Below are positions 21,537 through 29,168 of a DNA stretch of 29,168 bases, one piece after another. The translations under genes were made by a program, and so were the position numbers. The notes beneath the pieces were generated by a model. It did not search any database. It saw only the letters and a program-made list of their open reading frames with translations, and was not told where the DNA came from. The stretch is from positions 1 through 29,168 of the forward strand of contig DATNJO010001142.1 of the NCBI GenBank assembly GCA_035603895.1. Direction: 5' to 3'. Every line of letters starts with the position of its first letter. Within the stretch, counting starts at the first letter, position 1. Source of the stretch: Pyrinomonadaceae bacterium (lineage in GTDB: Bacteria > Acidobacteriota > Blastocatellia > Pyrinomonadales > Pyrinomonadaceae).

Positions 21537-23324
21537 TCATTTTAGCAATGCTTTGGCAATTGCGATCGTTGCGATTGCGCGCGGACCTTCAGCCTGAAAC
21601 GCGCGCGCTAACTCAATTGTTCGGTCCGCATCGGTAGCCGCCAACTTGCCAAACACTCCCTTGACGTCGAAATCAACCGCCGGATCGTTTCGTTGGAAGA
21701 TTTGGGTTGAACTTCTCAAGCCCTGAAATATTTTGCCGTCTTCGCCCGTAAACGATTCAGCCGAGTTTCCTGCTTTCACTGCATCAAAGGCGATCTCCCA
21801 AGCCCGCGTGTCGTCGACGCCCTTTAACGCGTTCGCGATCGCAAACAAGCCGCGCGGTTGATCCGGATCGCTGTTATCGATGCGTTCAACTTCGCGGATC
21901 GCGTCGTCTATCACTGTGAGAGCTTTCTCACGATCGGATTGAGCCAGCGACCCTGCAACCTGCGTCAAGATCCAGACGCGTTGGATGTGAGTCAATTCTC
22001 CCTTGCGAGCCAACGCCAGAGCTGCTTCGAATTTCTTTTGTTCGATTGATCGAAGTGCGGTGGACCAATCAACCCAAGCCAGAACCTGTTTCCGCAAATC
22101 ACTCTCTTCGATTTTGTCTGCGTAGTCGCGAGCGGTGTTTTTGTCGTTCTCGAGTGCGAGCAGCGCGAGTTTGAGGTAAAGGTCATCACGTTCGCTCGAA
22201 GTCTTCGCCCGGTCGATCTGGTCCAAAATAGATTTCTCACGATCTTTAAACTCCGCATTCTGCGGACCAAGCCCTTTACGAAGCCACTCGTTTTCAGCGC
22301 TCTGCACGTCCTCGCCGATCAGTTCGCGCAGCATCGGAAGCTGGCTGCGTAGTGAAGCTGTGAGCGACGAAGGACCAAATTGCTCGAACAACGGCAACAA
22401 GCGTTGCAAGACCATAAACCTGATGACAAGTGCGCCCTGGTTTTGATTCTTCTCCGAAGGTTCTACCGGTTGCAGGAGTACACCAGCGGCGGTCTGAAAA
22501 AAGTTGAGTCGTAACTGCGGGTCTACGTTAATCGGAGGAAGCGTCGTCTGCTGCCATGAAGTCTCAGCCTGGCCGTCCGGCGTGAACATGACGTACATGT
22601 GGGGAGTGAAGAGATACGATGCGAGTAGCGAAATGGAGTTCGCTTCTTCTGGACCACTGGGAATACGACTGATCATACCTGCATAGAAACGGTCAGCCGC
22701 CGAGGCATCGTGTTCTCGAAGCTGTGTGAGAAATTCGAGAGTCGATATCGTTGCGGTACCCAGCGCCGGCTCAGCAAACTCCAGCGCACGTTTGACATCT
22801 CCACCGGCCAACAGGTTACGCGCGAGACTGAGTCGTTTCGCCAGGTCCTCGGAAGGTCCCCATAAACTGTTTCGCGAGACTTCTTCAGCTTGCTTGTCTG
22901 CTCGATCCGTTTTGAGGCTTTCCAGGAACGTCTCCGCCAAAGCGCGATCGTGTCGGGCTGCCAGTCTCAGCACTTCTTCGCGAAGATTAACCGGCGCAGT
23001 GTTCTCTCGTTCGGCAGCGTCCGCGGCATCCCACGCTTTCGTGAAGAGAATGCGCGCTTGATCGCGATCGAGGTCCCACAGTAGATCGGCGATGCTGGCG
23101 AGCGAACGTGCTCTCAACGTCAAGTCGCGAAAACTGCGGGCATCAGTCGCCAGGGACAGCAATAGCGAAGCAGCTTGCTGCTGACGAGCTTTAGCCTTTC
23201 GTTTCGTTTCTGCGTCGCGCCTGGTTTCCGGAGCAGGCGGCTTCTTTGCCGGTGTTTGTGCACCTACTGACACAGCAGATATCAGCAGCGCCATGCTGAC
23301 GGCCAGGCGAGAAAAGCAAATCAT
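21537..23324 (-). CDS. exported all-alpha (TPR/HEAT-like) hypothetical protein
   Basis: Signal peptide ending SVGA-Q; GGAG SD; repeated amphipathic helices; no catalytic motif seen. Confidence 0.75.
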   Translation of the reverse strand: MICFSRLAVSMALLISAVSVGAQTPAKKPPAPETRRDAETKRKAKARQQQAASLLLSLATDARSFRDLTLRARSLASIADLLWDLDRDQARILFTKAWDAADAAERENTAPVNLREEVLRLAARHDRALAETFLESLKTDRADKQAEEVSRNSLWGPSEDLAKRLSLARNLLAGGDVKRALEFAEPALGTATISTLEFLTQLREHDASAADRFYAGMISRIPSGPEEANSISLLASYLFTPHMYVMFTPDGQAETSWQQTTLPPINVDPQLRLNFFQTAAGVLLQPVEPSEKNQNQGALVIRFMVLQRLLPLFEQFGPSSLTASLRSQLPMLRELIGEDVQSAENEWLRKGLGPQNAEFKDREKSILDQIDRAKTSSERDDLYLKLALLALENDKNTARDYADKIEESDLRKQVLAWVDWSTALRSIEQKKFEAALALARKGELTHIQRVWILTQVAGSLAQSDREKALTVIDDAIREVERIDNSDPDQPRGLFAIANALKGVDDTRAWEIAFDAVKAGNSAESFTGEDGKIFQGLRSSTQIFQRNDPAVDFDVKGVFGKLAATDADRTIELARAFQAEGPRAIATIAIAKALLK

Positions 23325-23334
23325 TTGGAACTCC

Positions 23335-24174
23335 CTACTCGAAGACTCTGAGCGGCATCGTTTCCGATCGTTGCAACCAGTTATCGGACGGGTACTTTGC
23401 GTTCGCCGAGATTAGATGCAGCGTGTAGGCGTGGCGTGAACGCGGCGATCTGTTTTCGAAGCTACAGTGTGGCAGTAGGCCGTGTAGCAGTATGAGCGTT
23501 CCTTTCGCCACTTCGAGTGGAACGAGTCCTTGTGTGGGCCACGGCTCTTTATCAAAGATCTCAAACTCCATCCGATCGTTCTGCGATCGCCGCCAGCGCG
23601 ACTTCAAACCGTGTCGATGTCCGCCCGGCAAGGCCCAGAGACAACCGTTAGCAACAGTCGCATCTTCGAGCGCGAACCAGAGTCCGGCGATATCGATCGG
23701 CTCGGTATAAAGAAACGTGCTGTCCTGATGACACGTGACTTCGCCTCCGATGTTCGGCTGTTTGAAGATGTACATCGATTGAAGCAGCAGCGGACTTGCG
23801 ACGCCAATCGCGGAGGCGAGTTCTTTAACCTTTTGACCTCGCGAGAACTCAGCGAAACCGGGATCGAGGTCGTGAAGCGCGTGCCCGATCTTGTTGATCG
23901 ATTTTTCCTTTTCGTACTTGAGCGTGCCGTCCGGGTTGAAAGCGTTCTCTTCAAAGAAGAAACGAATCTTATCGCCTGAAGTCAGGAAGTATTCGTCTGT
24001 CAACCGGTTCTGTTCGTGCGTCGAGAAGATCGAAACCACGTCGGCGGGATCGAATTTCTGGACCAACTCTTCGGCCCGCGTTCTCAGTAAATCGCAATCG
24101 CGTTCGCTGGCAAACCCTTCGAGAATCAGATAACCCGCGTCGTTGTACCGCGAGATTTGTTCGGCGGAGATCAC
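23335..24174 (-). CDS. phytanoyl-CoA dioxygenase (PhyH/PHYHD1-like) Fe(II)/2-oxoglutarate dioxygenase
   Basis: QSMYIFKQPNIGGEVTCHQDSTF (HxD), LLHGLLPHCSFENRSPRSR (distal His and Arg). Confidence 0.93.
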   Translation of the reverse strand: MISAEQISRYNDAGYLILEGFASERDCDLLRTRAEELVQKFDPADVVSIFSTHEQNRLTDEYFLTSGDKIRFFFEENAFNPDGTLKYEKEKSINKIGHALHDLDPGFAEFSRGQKVKELASAIGVASPLLLQSMYIFKQPNIGGEVTCHQDSTFLYTEPIDIAGLWFALEDATVANGCLWALPGGHRHGLKSRWRRSQNDRMEFEIFDKEPWPTQGLVPLEVAKGTLILLHGLLPHCSFENRSPRSRHAYTLHLISANAKYPSDNWLQRSETMPLRVFE

Positions 24175-24180
24175 GCGCGA

Positions 24181-24189
24181 ATTATCGCA
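24181..24189 (-). promoter_or_regulatory. extended -10 (TGcGATAAT) 6 nt before the GTG of the PhyH gene; probable leaderless mRNA
   Basis: Seen on the minus strand; no SD before the start. Confidence 0.45.
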
Positions 24190-24483
24190 CAGGTTCCGAA
24201 AAGAGCGGGCGTCGCGCTTGGCGCGTAAGGTTCACCGGCGACGCCCTTGGCCCCACATCTCTGGGCGGGTGCGAGGCAATCGAAATCGGCAGCGTTTATA
24301 TGGGCCGGCAAAGGTGCGTCGCAAGATTCTGTCGCGAGAATGAAAGTTGAAATTCATGCCAGTTTGCTGGCAAGAAAACAGTCTGGTGGGCAAATACACA
24401 CAGAGTTGACACAGCGTTACAGGCTGTGAGAAATATCGGACGCTGGCAAAGCCCCGACTTCTTACACTCACCGAAACAAAGGT

Positions 24484-25962
24484 TTGTCGCTTGTGAAGAT
24501 AGCCTCACATAAGTTGAACCTGAACGCGAATGATGAAGCTCTGCGCAGGTGCAAAAAAGCCTTAGAACTAAAAGACAGGGGCGATTACGCAGGTGCGCAG
24601 GAAATAATGCGGCCTTTGTGGAAGAGCGTAGGAGAACGTCCAAAAACAACGGGACTGGATTCGCTCGTTGCCGCTGAGGTCTTGTTGTGCGTAGGCGTTC
24701 TGACGAGTTGGGTCGGAAGTAAAAATCAGATCGGCGACGCGCAGGAACTCGCCAAAAACCTAATCACGCAGAGCATCACTCTTTTCGAGGCGAGCAAAGA
24801 CGTAACGAAGGTCGCCGTGGCGCAATCAGAAATTGCTTACTGCCATTACCGTGAAGGCACGCTGAATGAGGCGCGCTCACAGTTGCGTGATGCACTGAAC
24901 AAACTGCCGTTTGAGAACGCCGCCAGAGCAAGAGCGCTGCTAAAGCTAACCACTGTGGAGTGTGCGTCCGCGCGATTTCACGAAGTGTTAGAACTGCTCG
25001 ACAACAACGAGGCACTATTCCGAAAGGTCACAAACCACACAATCAAGGGCTCCTATCACGGCGAACTGGCAATTGTTCTTCGCAATCTAGCTACGACCGA
25101 GAACAAGCCTGCATACTTTCGTCGGGCAATTAATGAATACAAGAAAGCAGAAAATCAATTCAAATTGGCCCACCATCAGATCTTTCGTGCGGACGTAATC
25201 AACAATGTCGGTTTCTTACTGTTCAAGCTGTCTCGCTACAAAGAAGCACAGAAGTATCTTGACAAGGCCCGCCGCCTGACAGTCAGGTTTAAGGACAAAG
25301 CTCACACCGCGCAGATTGATGAAAGCCGGGCCCAGGTAATGATTGCGGAAAAAAGACTGGTTGAGGCCGAACGTACAGCGCGTCGAGCAGCGTCTGCCCT
25401 GGAGAAGGGCGGACAATTCTGCCTGATGGCGGAAGCTCTGATAACACAAGGTGTGGCGTTAGCGAGGTCAGGCCGCACGATCCACGCACATTCTGTTTTT
25501 CGACGAGCGATTGAAGCCGCTCATCAAGTGAATGCGTCGAACATTGCAGGACTGGCGGCGCTCACATTAATAGAGGAAACGAAGGACATGCCGCCTGACA
25601 TATTACAAGCCGCTTATCGGCAAGCACGCGAATGGCTCGCAACCTCGCAGAGCTCAGACTTAAAACTTAGATTGGCTGATGTCGCCGATCGCGTTGCCGC
25701 CAGCGTAACGACAGAGTTGAGTGCCGACGAAGCGACAGAAATTCTATTGAACGAGCCCGGCGGGCTGCGCGCGCAGTTGGAAAAACATGAAGGCGTGGTT
25801 ATCAAACGCGCGTTGGCTCAGGTTGACGGGCGCGTTACTCATGCGGCCTTGTTGCTGGAAATGAGATATCAATCGTTAGCCTACATTATCGAACGCCGCC
25901 ATCCTGATTTGCTTAAAAGACGAACGCCAATTCGTCGCCGTCAACGAAACAGAGCGAAGTAG
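24484..25962 (+). CDS. cytoplasmic TPR-repeat protein with C-terminal Fis-type HTH
   Basis: TPR-like helices (ADVINNVGFLLFKLSRYKEAQKYLDKA); EKHEGVVIKRALAQVDGRVTHAALLLEMRYQSL HTH_8 pattern; start may be TTG 24484 or GTG 24493. Confidence 0.8.
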   Translation: MSLVKIASHKLNLNANDEALRRCKKALELKDRGDYAGAQEIMRPLWKSVGERPKTTGLDSLVAAEVLLCVGVLTSWVGSKNQIGDAQELAKNLITQSITLFEASKDVTKVAVAQSEIAYCHYREGTLNEARSQLRDALNKLPFENAARARALLKLTTVECASARFHEVLELLDNNEALFRKVTNHTIKGSYHGELAIVLRNLATTENKPAYFRRAINEYKKAENQFKLAHHQIFRADVINNVGFLLFKLSRYKEAQKYLDKARRLTVRFKDKAHTAQIDESRAQVMIAEKRLVEAERTARRAASALEKGGQFCLMAEALITQGVALARSGRTIHAHSVFRRAIEAAHQVNASNIAGLAALTLIEETKDMPPDILQAAYRQAREWLATSQSSDLKLRLADVADRVAASVTTELSADEATEILLNEPGGLRAQLEKHEGVVIKRALAQVDGRVTHAALLLEMRYQSLAYIIERRHPDLLKRRTPIRRRQRNRAK

Positions 25963-26099
25963 GAACATCAGCAGACCCGCCGTTTTGGATTTATCCAGAA
26001 ACAATCCATAATGAGCCCGCGGTATCCGGCTCGACTCCCTAACCCGCAGATCGCCGCGTTCGTGCCCGGAATTTATCCCTGCGGTCTACCAACTTCACT

Positions 26100-27947
26100 A
26101 TGTCTTTGCAAAAGCTTTTTGTCGCGGTGATTTCTGTTGTCTTTCTTCACTTCATTTTTGCCTCGAACGTAATGGCCCAAAGGCCGGTGCTGATCAGTTT
26201 GCAGAAGACAGACGTTGCGAGCGGTTCTGGAACCAGCGAGGATCCGGTCGTTAGCGCAAACGGAAGGTTCGTAGCTTTTGAAAGTTTTGCTTTCAATATC
26301 ATTCCCGACGACGATAATGGAAGAAAAGATGTCTTTTATCGTGATTTGCAGGGCGTTACGACCCTTGTCAGCGTGAACCTGTCCGGCACTGGAGGTGGAA
26401 ACGGCGATTCACAAAACCCGGCAATTAGTGCGGATGGTCGTTATGTGGCTTTTGAAAGCCGTGCCGGCAATCTGGTTGCTAACGATAGTAATAACTCGTT
26501 GGACGTGTTCGTCCGCGATATGCAAACCGGTATCACGACTCTGGTCAGTATAAACACCTTCGGTACGGGCAGTGGCAATGGAGAATCGTTTCGCCCGACG
26601 ATCAGCGCCAATGGACAGGGAATCACTCGCACTGGTAATACGAGCAGCGCACTCACCATGCAGTATGCGACCAGCAACGGCACTGCCACGCCCGGAGCCG
26701 ACTACACAGCAACGGTGGGTTCGGTTACGTTTGCAGCGGGTGAGACGACGAAGAATGTCGTCATCCAGTTGAAAAATGACACGGTGGATGAATTTGACGA
26801 AACCGTGCTGTTGACGCTAAGTGATTTCAACGCCACCGGGCAGTCGTCCGGCAGCTTAAGCGCGAGCATTCTTACTCTCGCGGACGACGATGCGCCGCCT
26901 TCAATCTCAATTAATGATGCAACGGTTGTCGAGGGCAGTAGCGGAGCCCCGGTGCGCAGCTTTACGCTGACGCTTTCCGCGGCTAGTGGCAAGCCGATCG
27001 CTGTTAATCTGACCTCGTCGCCGGTAACTGCTACGCAGGTCACCGATTACAGCGCCATAAACACATTAACAACCATACCCGCCGGTGCTACTTCGCAGTC
27101 GATCTCGTTCCTGGTTGATGGCGACACAGTGTTTGAAGATGATGAGACATTTACGGTAACCCTGAGCAATCCGAGTAATGTCACGATCGATCGAGGCACG
27201 GCAACGATAACCATACAAAATGACGATCCACTGCCTGGCATCAGCGTCAACGATGTAGCACTCGCTGAAGGCAACAGTGGACCACGTACATTTCACTTCT
27301 TCATACGGTTATCGAATGCGAGCAGTAAACCAGTTTCAGTTCAGGTCTCGATCGCTGATGGCAGCGCCAAGGCAGGCTCTGACTATTTTGCATTTTCGGG
27401 CACGCTTACATTCGCGCCTGGGTCGACCGTCGGAATCTTTCCTGTGCCCATCATTACCGATACCGTGGTTGAGCCTGACGAGACCCTTTTCGTCAATCTG
27501 ACAAATCCCACGGGGGCCACAATCCTTGACTCGCAGGCTGTAGGGACTATTCAGAATGACGATCTGGCGCCCGTGTTGTTGTTGGAAGAGAACAGTCAGC
27601 GAGCTGCGGCGCTCGAGCTTACGTCGGGGCTACGCGATCCTTTTCCACTGACGAGAGAGTCTAACTTCGGATCAGATCAGCACACGAGAATCTCGTTATT
27701 TGCTTTGAACCTGACGCTGATCGCGGGCGAGAATGCTTCGGCAGTTACGGTGAGCGGTGAAGACGACACGGGCGTGGTGCACTCGCTTGCGGTGGAGTTT
27801 GTCGGCGTGGTGCCGAATCAGCCAACGCTGTCGCAGATCGTTGTCAGGTTGCCGGATAATGTAGGCACTTCTACGGAGTTGAAATTGAAGGTGACGTTGC
27901 GAGGGCAAACGAGCAACGTGGGCGTTATCCGGATTGCGTCGCCCTGA
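26100..27947 (+). CDS. exported TolB-like-repeat / Calx-beta surface protein, apparently internally deleted
   Basis: Signal peptide; SA(N/D)GR(F/Y)VAFES repeats; three Calx-beta domains (DETVLLTLS, DETFTVTLSNP, DETLFVNLTNP); C-terminal LRDPFPLT...SQIVVRLP domain. Confidence 0.85.
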   Translation: MSLQKLFVAVISVVFLHFIFASNVMAQRPVLISLQKTDVASGSGTSEDPVVSANGRFVAFESFAFNIIPDDDNGRKDVFYRDLQGVTTLVSVNLSGTGGGNGDSQNPAISADGRYVAFESRAGNLVANDSNNSLDVFVRDMQTGITTLVSINTFGTGSGNGESFRPTISANGQGITRTGNTSSALTMQYATSNGTATPGADYTATVGSVTFAAGETTKNVVIQLKNDTVDEFDETVLLTLSDFNATGQSSGSLSASILTLADDDAPPSISINDATVVEGSSGAPVRSFTLTLSAASGKPIAVNLTSSPVTATQVTDYSAINTLTTIPAGATSQSISFLVDGDTVFEDDETFTVTLSNPSNVTIDRGTATITIQNDDPLPGISVNDVALAEGNSGPRTFHFFIRLSNASSKPVSVQVSIADGSAKAGSDYFAFSGTLTFAPGSTVGIFPVPIITDTVVEPDETLFVNLTNPTGATILDSQAVGTIQNDDLAPVLLLEENSQRAAALELTSGLRDPFPLTRESNFGSDQHTRISLFALNLTLIAGENASAVTVSGEDDTGVVHSLAVEFVGVVPNQPTLSQIVVRLPDNVGTSTELKLKVTLRGQTSNVGVIRIASP

Positions 27948-27973
27948 CGATGACAGGCTACGAGGAAACACGC

Positions 27974-28363
27974 ATGAGACGCACTTGGACGATCATTGGG
28001 GTTGCCGATGTGGCTATCAGTTTCAAGTGGTATCAGTCGTTGTTTGGCTTGCCGGAGACGGCTCCCGCACATGACGACTTCGGGCAAATTCTCGACTCGG
28101 ATGGAACCGTCTTGCTGTGTCTTCACCAGTGGGGCGCCCACGAGCACCCCTCTTTGACGAGCCCCGATCGCGCCGAGCCTGGCAACGGTCTCCTTTTGTT
28201 CTTTCGTGTCGATGATTTCGACGCGGCCTTATCCCGCGCACGAACTCTCGTGACCCAGTTCGAAGAAGAACCTAATTTGAACCCAGGCCCTGGCACTATG
28301 GAGTTCTCACTCCGCGATCCGGACGGTTACTACGTCACGATCAGCTCGCTCTGTCCGCCTTAA
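27974..28363 (+). CDS. VOC (glyoxalase/bleomycin resistance) family protein
   Basis: IIGVADVAISFKWYQSLFG, FRVDDFD, EFSLRDPDGYYV; GAGGA SD before ATG 27974. Confidence 0.9.
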   Translation: MRRTWTIIGVADVAISFKWYQSLFGLPETAPAHDDFGQILDSDGTVLLCLHQWGAHEHPSLTSPDRAEPGNGLLLFFRVDDFDAALSRARTLVTQFEEEPNLNPGPGTMEFSLRDPDGYYVTISSLCPP

Positions 28364-29168
28364 CGAAGTCTCAAAGACGCGAGCGTGTGCTTCTGAGCGA
28401 CGGTGTTTCAAATCAAGAAAAGGTTTTTCGATGTAGCGGTAGGAGAGTGCTGCTAAACAGAAAGTCCCGATCAGGGAAATTGGCGCCATCAACACGTTGG
28501 GAACCGCCGCGGACACCAGCAGGTATACAGGCCAGTGCCAAACGTACAACCCGTACGAGCGTTTGCCAATCCACAATAGTGCACGAGAGTTGAGAACCGC
28601 GGCCGGCGCAATCAGCGCGTTCAGCAAGATGAAGGCACACGTAATGGCCGCGAAAGTGAAACCGCCGAAGTAAGCAAGTGGTCCACGGAAATCAGCCGCA
28701 ATAAGAAGTGCTCCGAAAACAAGCCACGCGCACCGGCCAAGAATGCGATGATGACGAACGATTATCGCCGGCAGTGCTCGCCAGTAGATGAGCAGCGAAA
28801 GTAAACACCCAACCAGCAATGCGTCTGCTCGCGTGTCAGAGCCATGATATAGCCGCTGCCACGATGCGCCGGACCAGTAAAGACCAACCTTCAACAGCCA
28901 GGAAAGTGTAATCGCACAAACGACAATCCAAAGGGCTGTGCGCCGCTGCCGTCTCAGCAGTGTGATGAGCGCCAGTGGCCAAATCAAATAAAACTGCTCC
29001 TCGATCGACAGCGACCAGAAGTGAGTCAGGAACCACGGCGAGTCGCTAACGAGAGCTTGCAGCCAGTTGTTGAAGTAAAAAAGAGTCGACGCTAAGCGAA
29101 TGGGCGTCACGCCTACTGCTGTGAAGGATCCCGCCAGGAAGGCGATCAAAAGAGTGAAAAGGATCGCG
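28307..29168 (-). CDS. acyltransferase-3 (OafA/YrhL-like) membrane O-acyltransferase, 5'-truncated
   Basis: THFWSLSIEEQFYLIWP, DTRADALLVG, GKRSYGLYVWHWP, LSYRYIEKP; the frame stays open to the window edge. Confidence 0.93.
   Translation of the reverse strand, partial: AILFTLLIAFLAGSFTAVGVTPIRLASTLFYFNNWLQALVSDSPWFLTHFWSLSIEEQFYLIWPLALITLLRRQRRTALWIVVCAITLSWLLKVGLYWSGASWQRLYHGSDTRADALLVGCLLSLLIYWRALPAIIVRHHRILGRCAWLVFGALLIAADFRGPLAYFGGFTFAAITCAFILLNALIAPAAVLNSRALLWIGKRSYGLYVWHWPVYLLVSAAVPNVLMAPISLIGTFCLAALSYRYIEKPFLDLKHRRSEAHARVFETSLRRTERADRDVVTVRIAE

Noticed and set aside
28307-28363. 57-nt convergent overlap of the VOC and acyltransferase 3' ends
   Set aside because: Short tail overlaps of convergent genes are common; the acyltransferase tail has no conserved-looking content

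Overview
Bacterial chromosomal window. The gene types suggest Acidobacteriota, probably Blastocatellia/Pyrinomonadaceae (inference from the Oar-like TonB-dependent receptor, TPR+Fis-HTH protein, Calx-beta surface protein and REP-like palindromes). About 17.5 kb (1901-19423) looks like a copper/thiol-redox island. It has two multicopper oxidase + SCO cassettes, with a 7-bladed propeller and a stand-alone AraC regulator between them. It also has a mosaic trio of tiny metal-binding genes and two converging operons, each headed by a membrane-targeted Cys-rich upstream ORF whose last codons can pair with the next Shine-Dalgarno. One leader ends in RGPP (CruR/DUF2946-like arrest motif) and precedes TonB receptor - Asp-box propeller - CusF-like lipoprotein. 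The other ends in RGPTHLRCCVFLI and precedes a secreted metallothionein-like protein - PCYCxC protein - exported peroxiredoxin. The right third is more ordinary: SYLF protein, a 220-bp palindromic element, lexA, a helical exported protein, PhyH dioxygenase, TPR-HTH protein, an apparently internally deleted Calx-beta protein, VOC protein and a partial acyltransferase. I recognised no rRNA, tRNA, CRISPR array or transposase. Family assignments come from motif recognition only; no searches were run.
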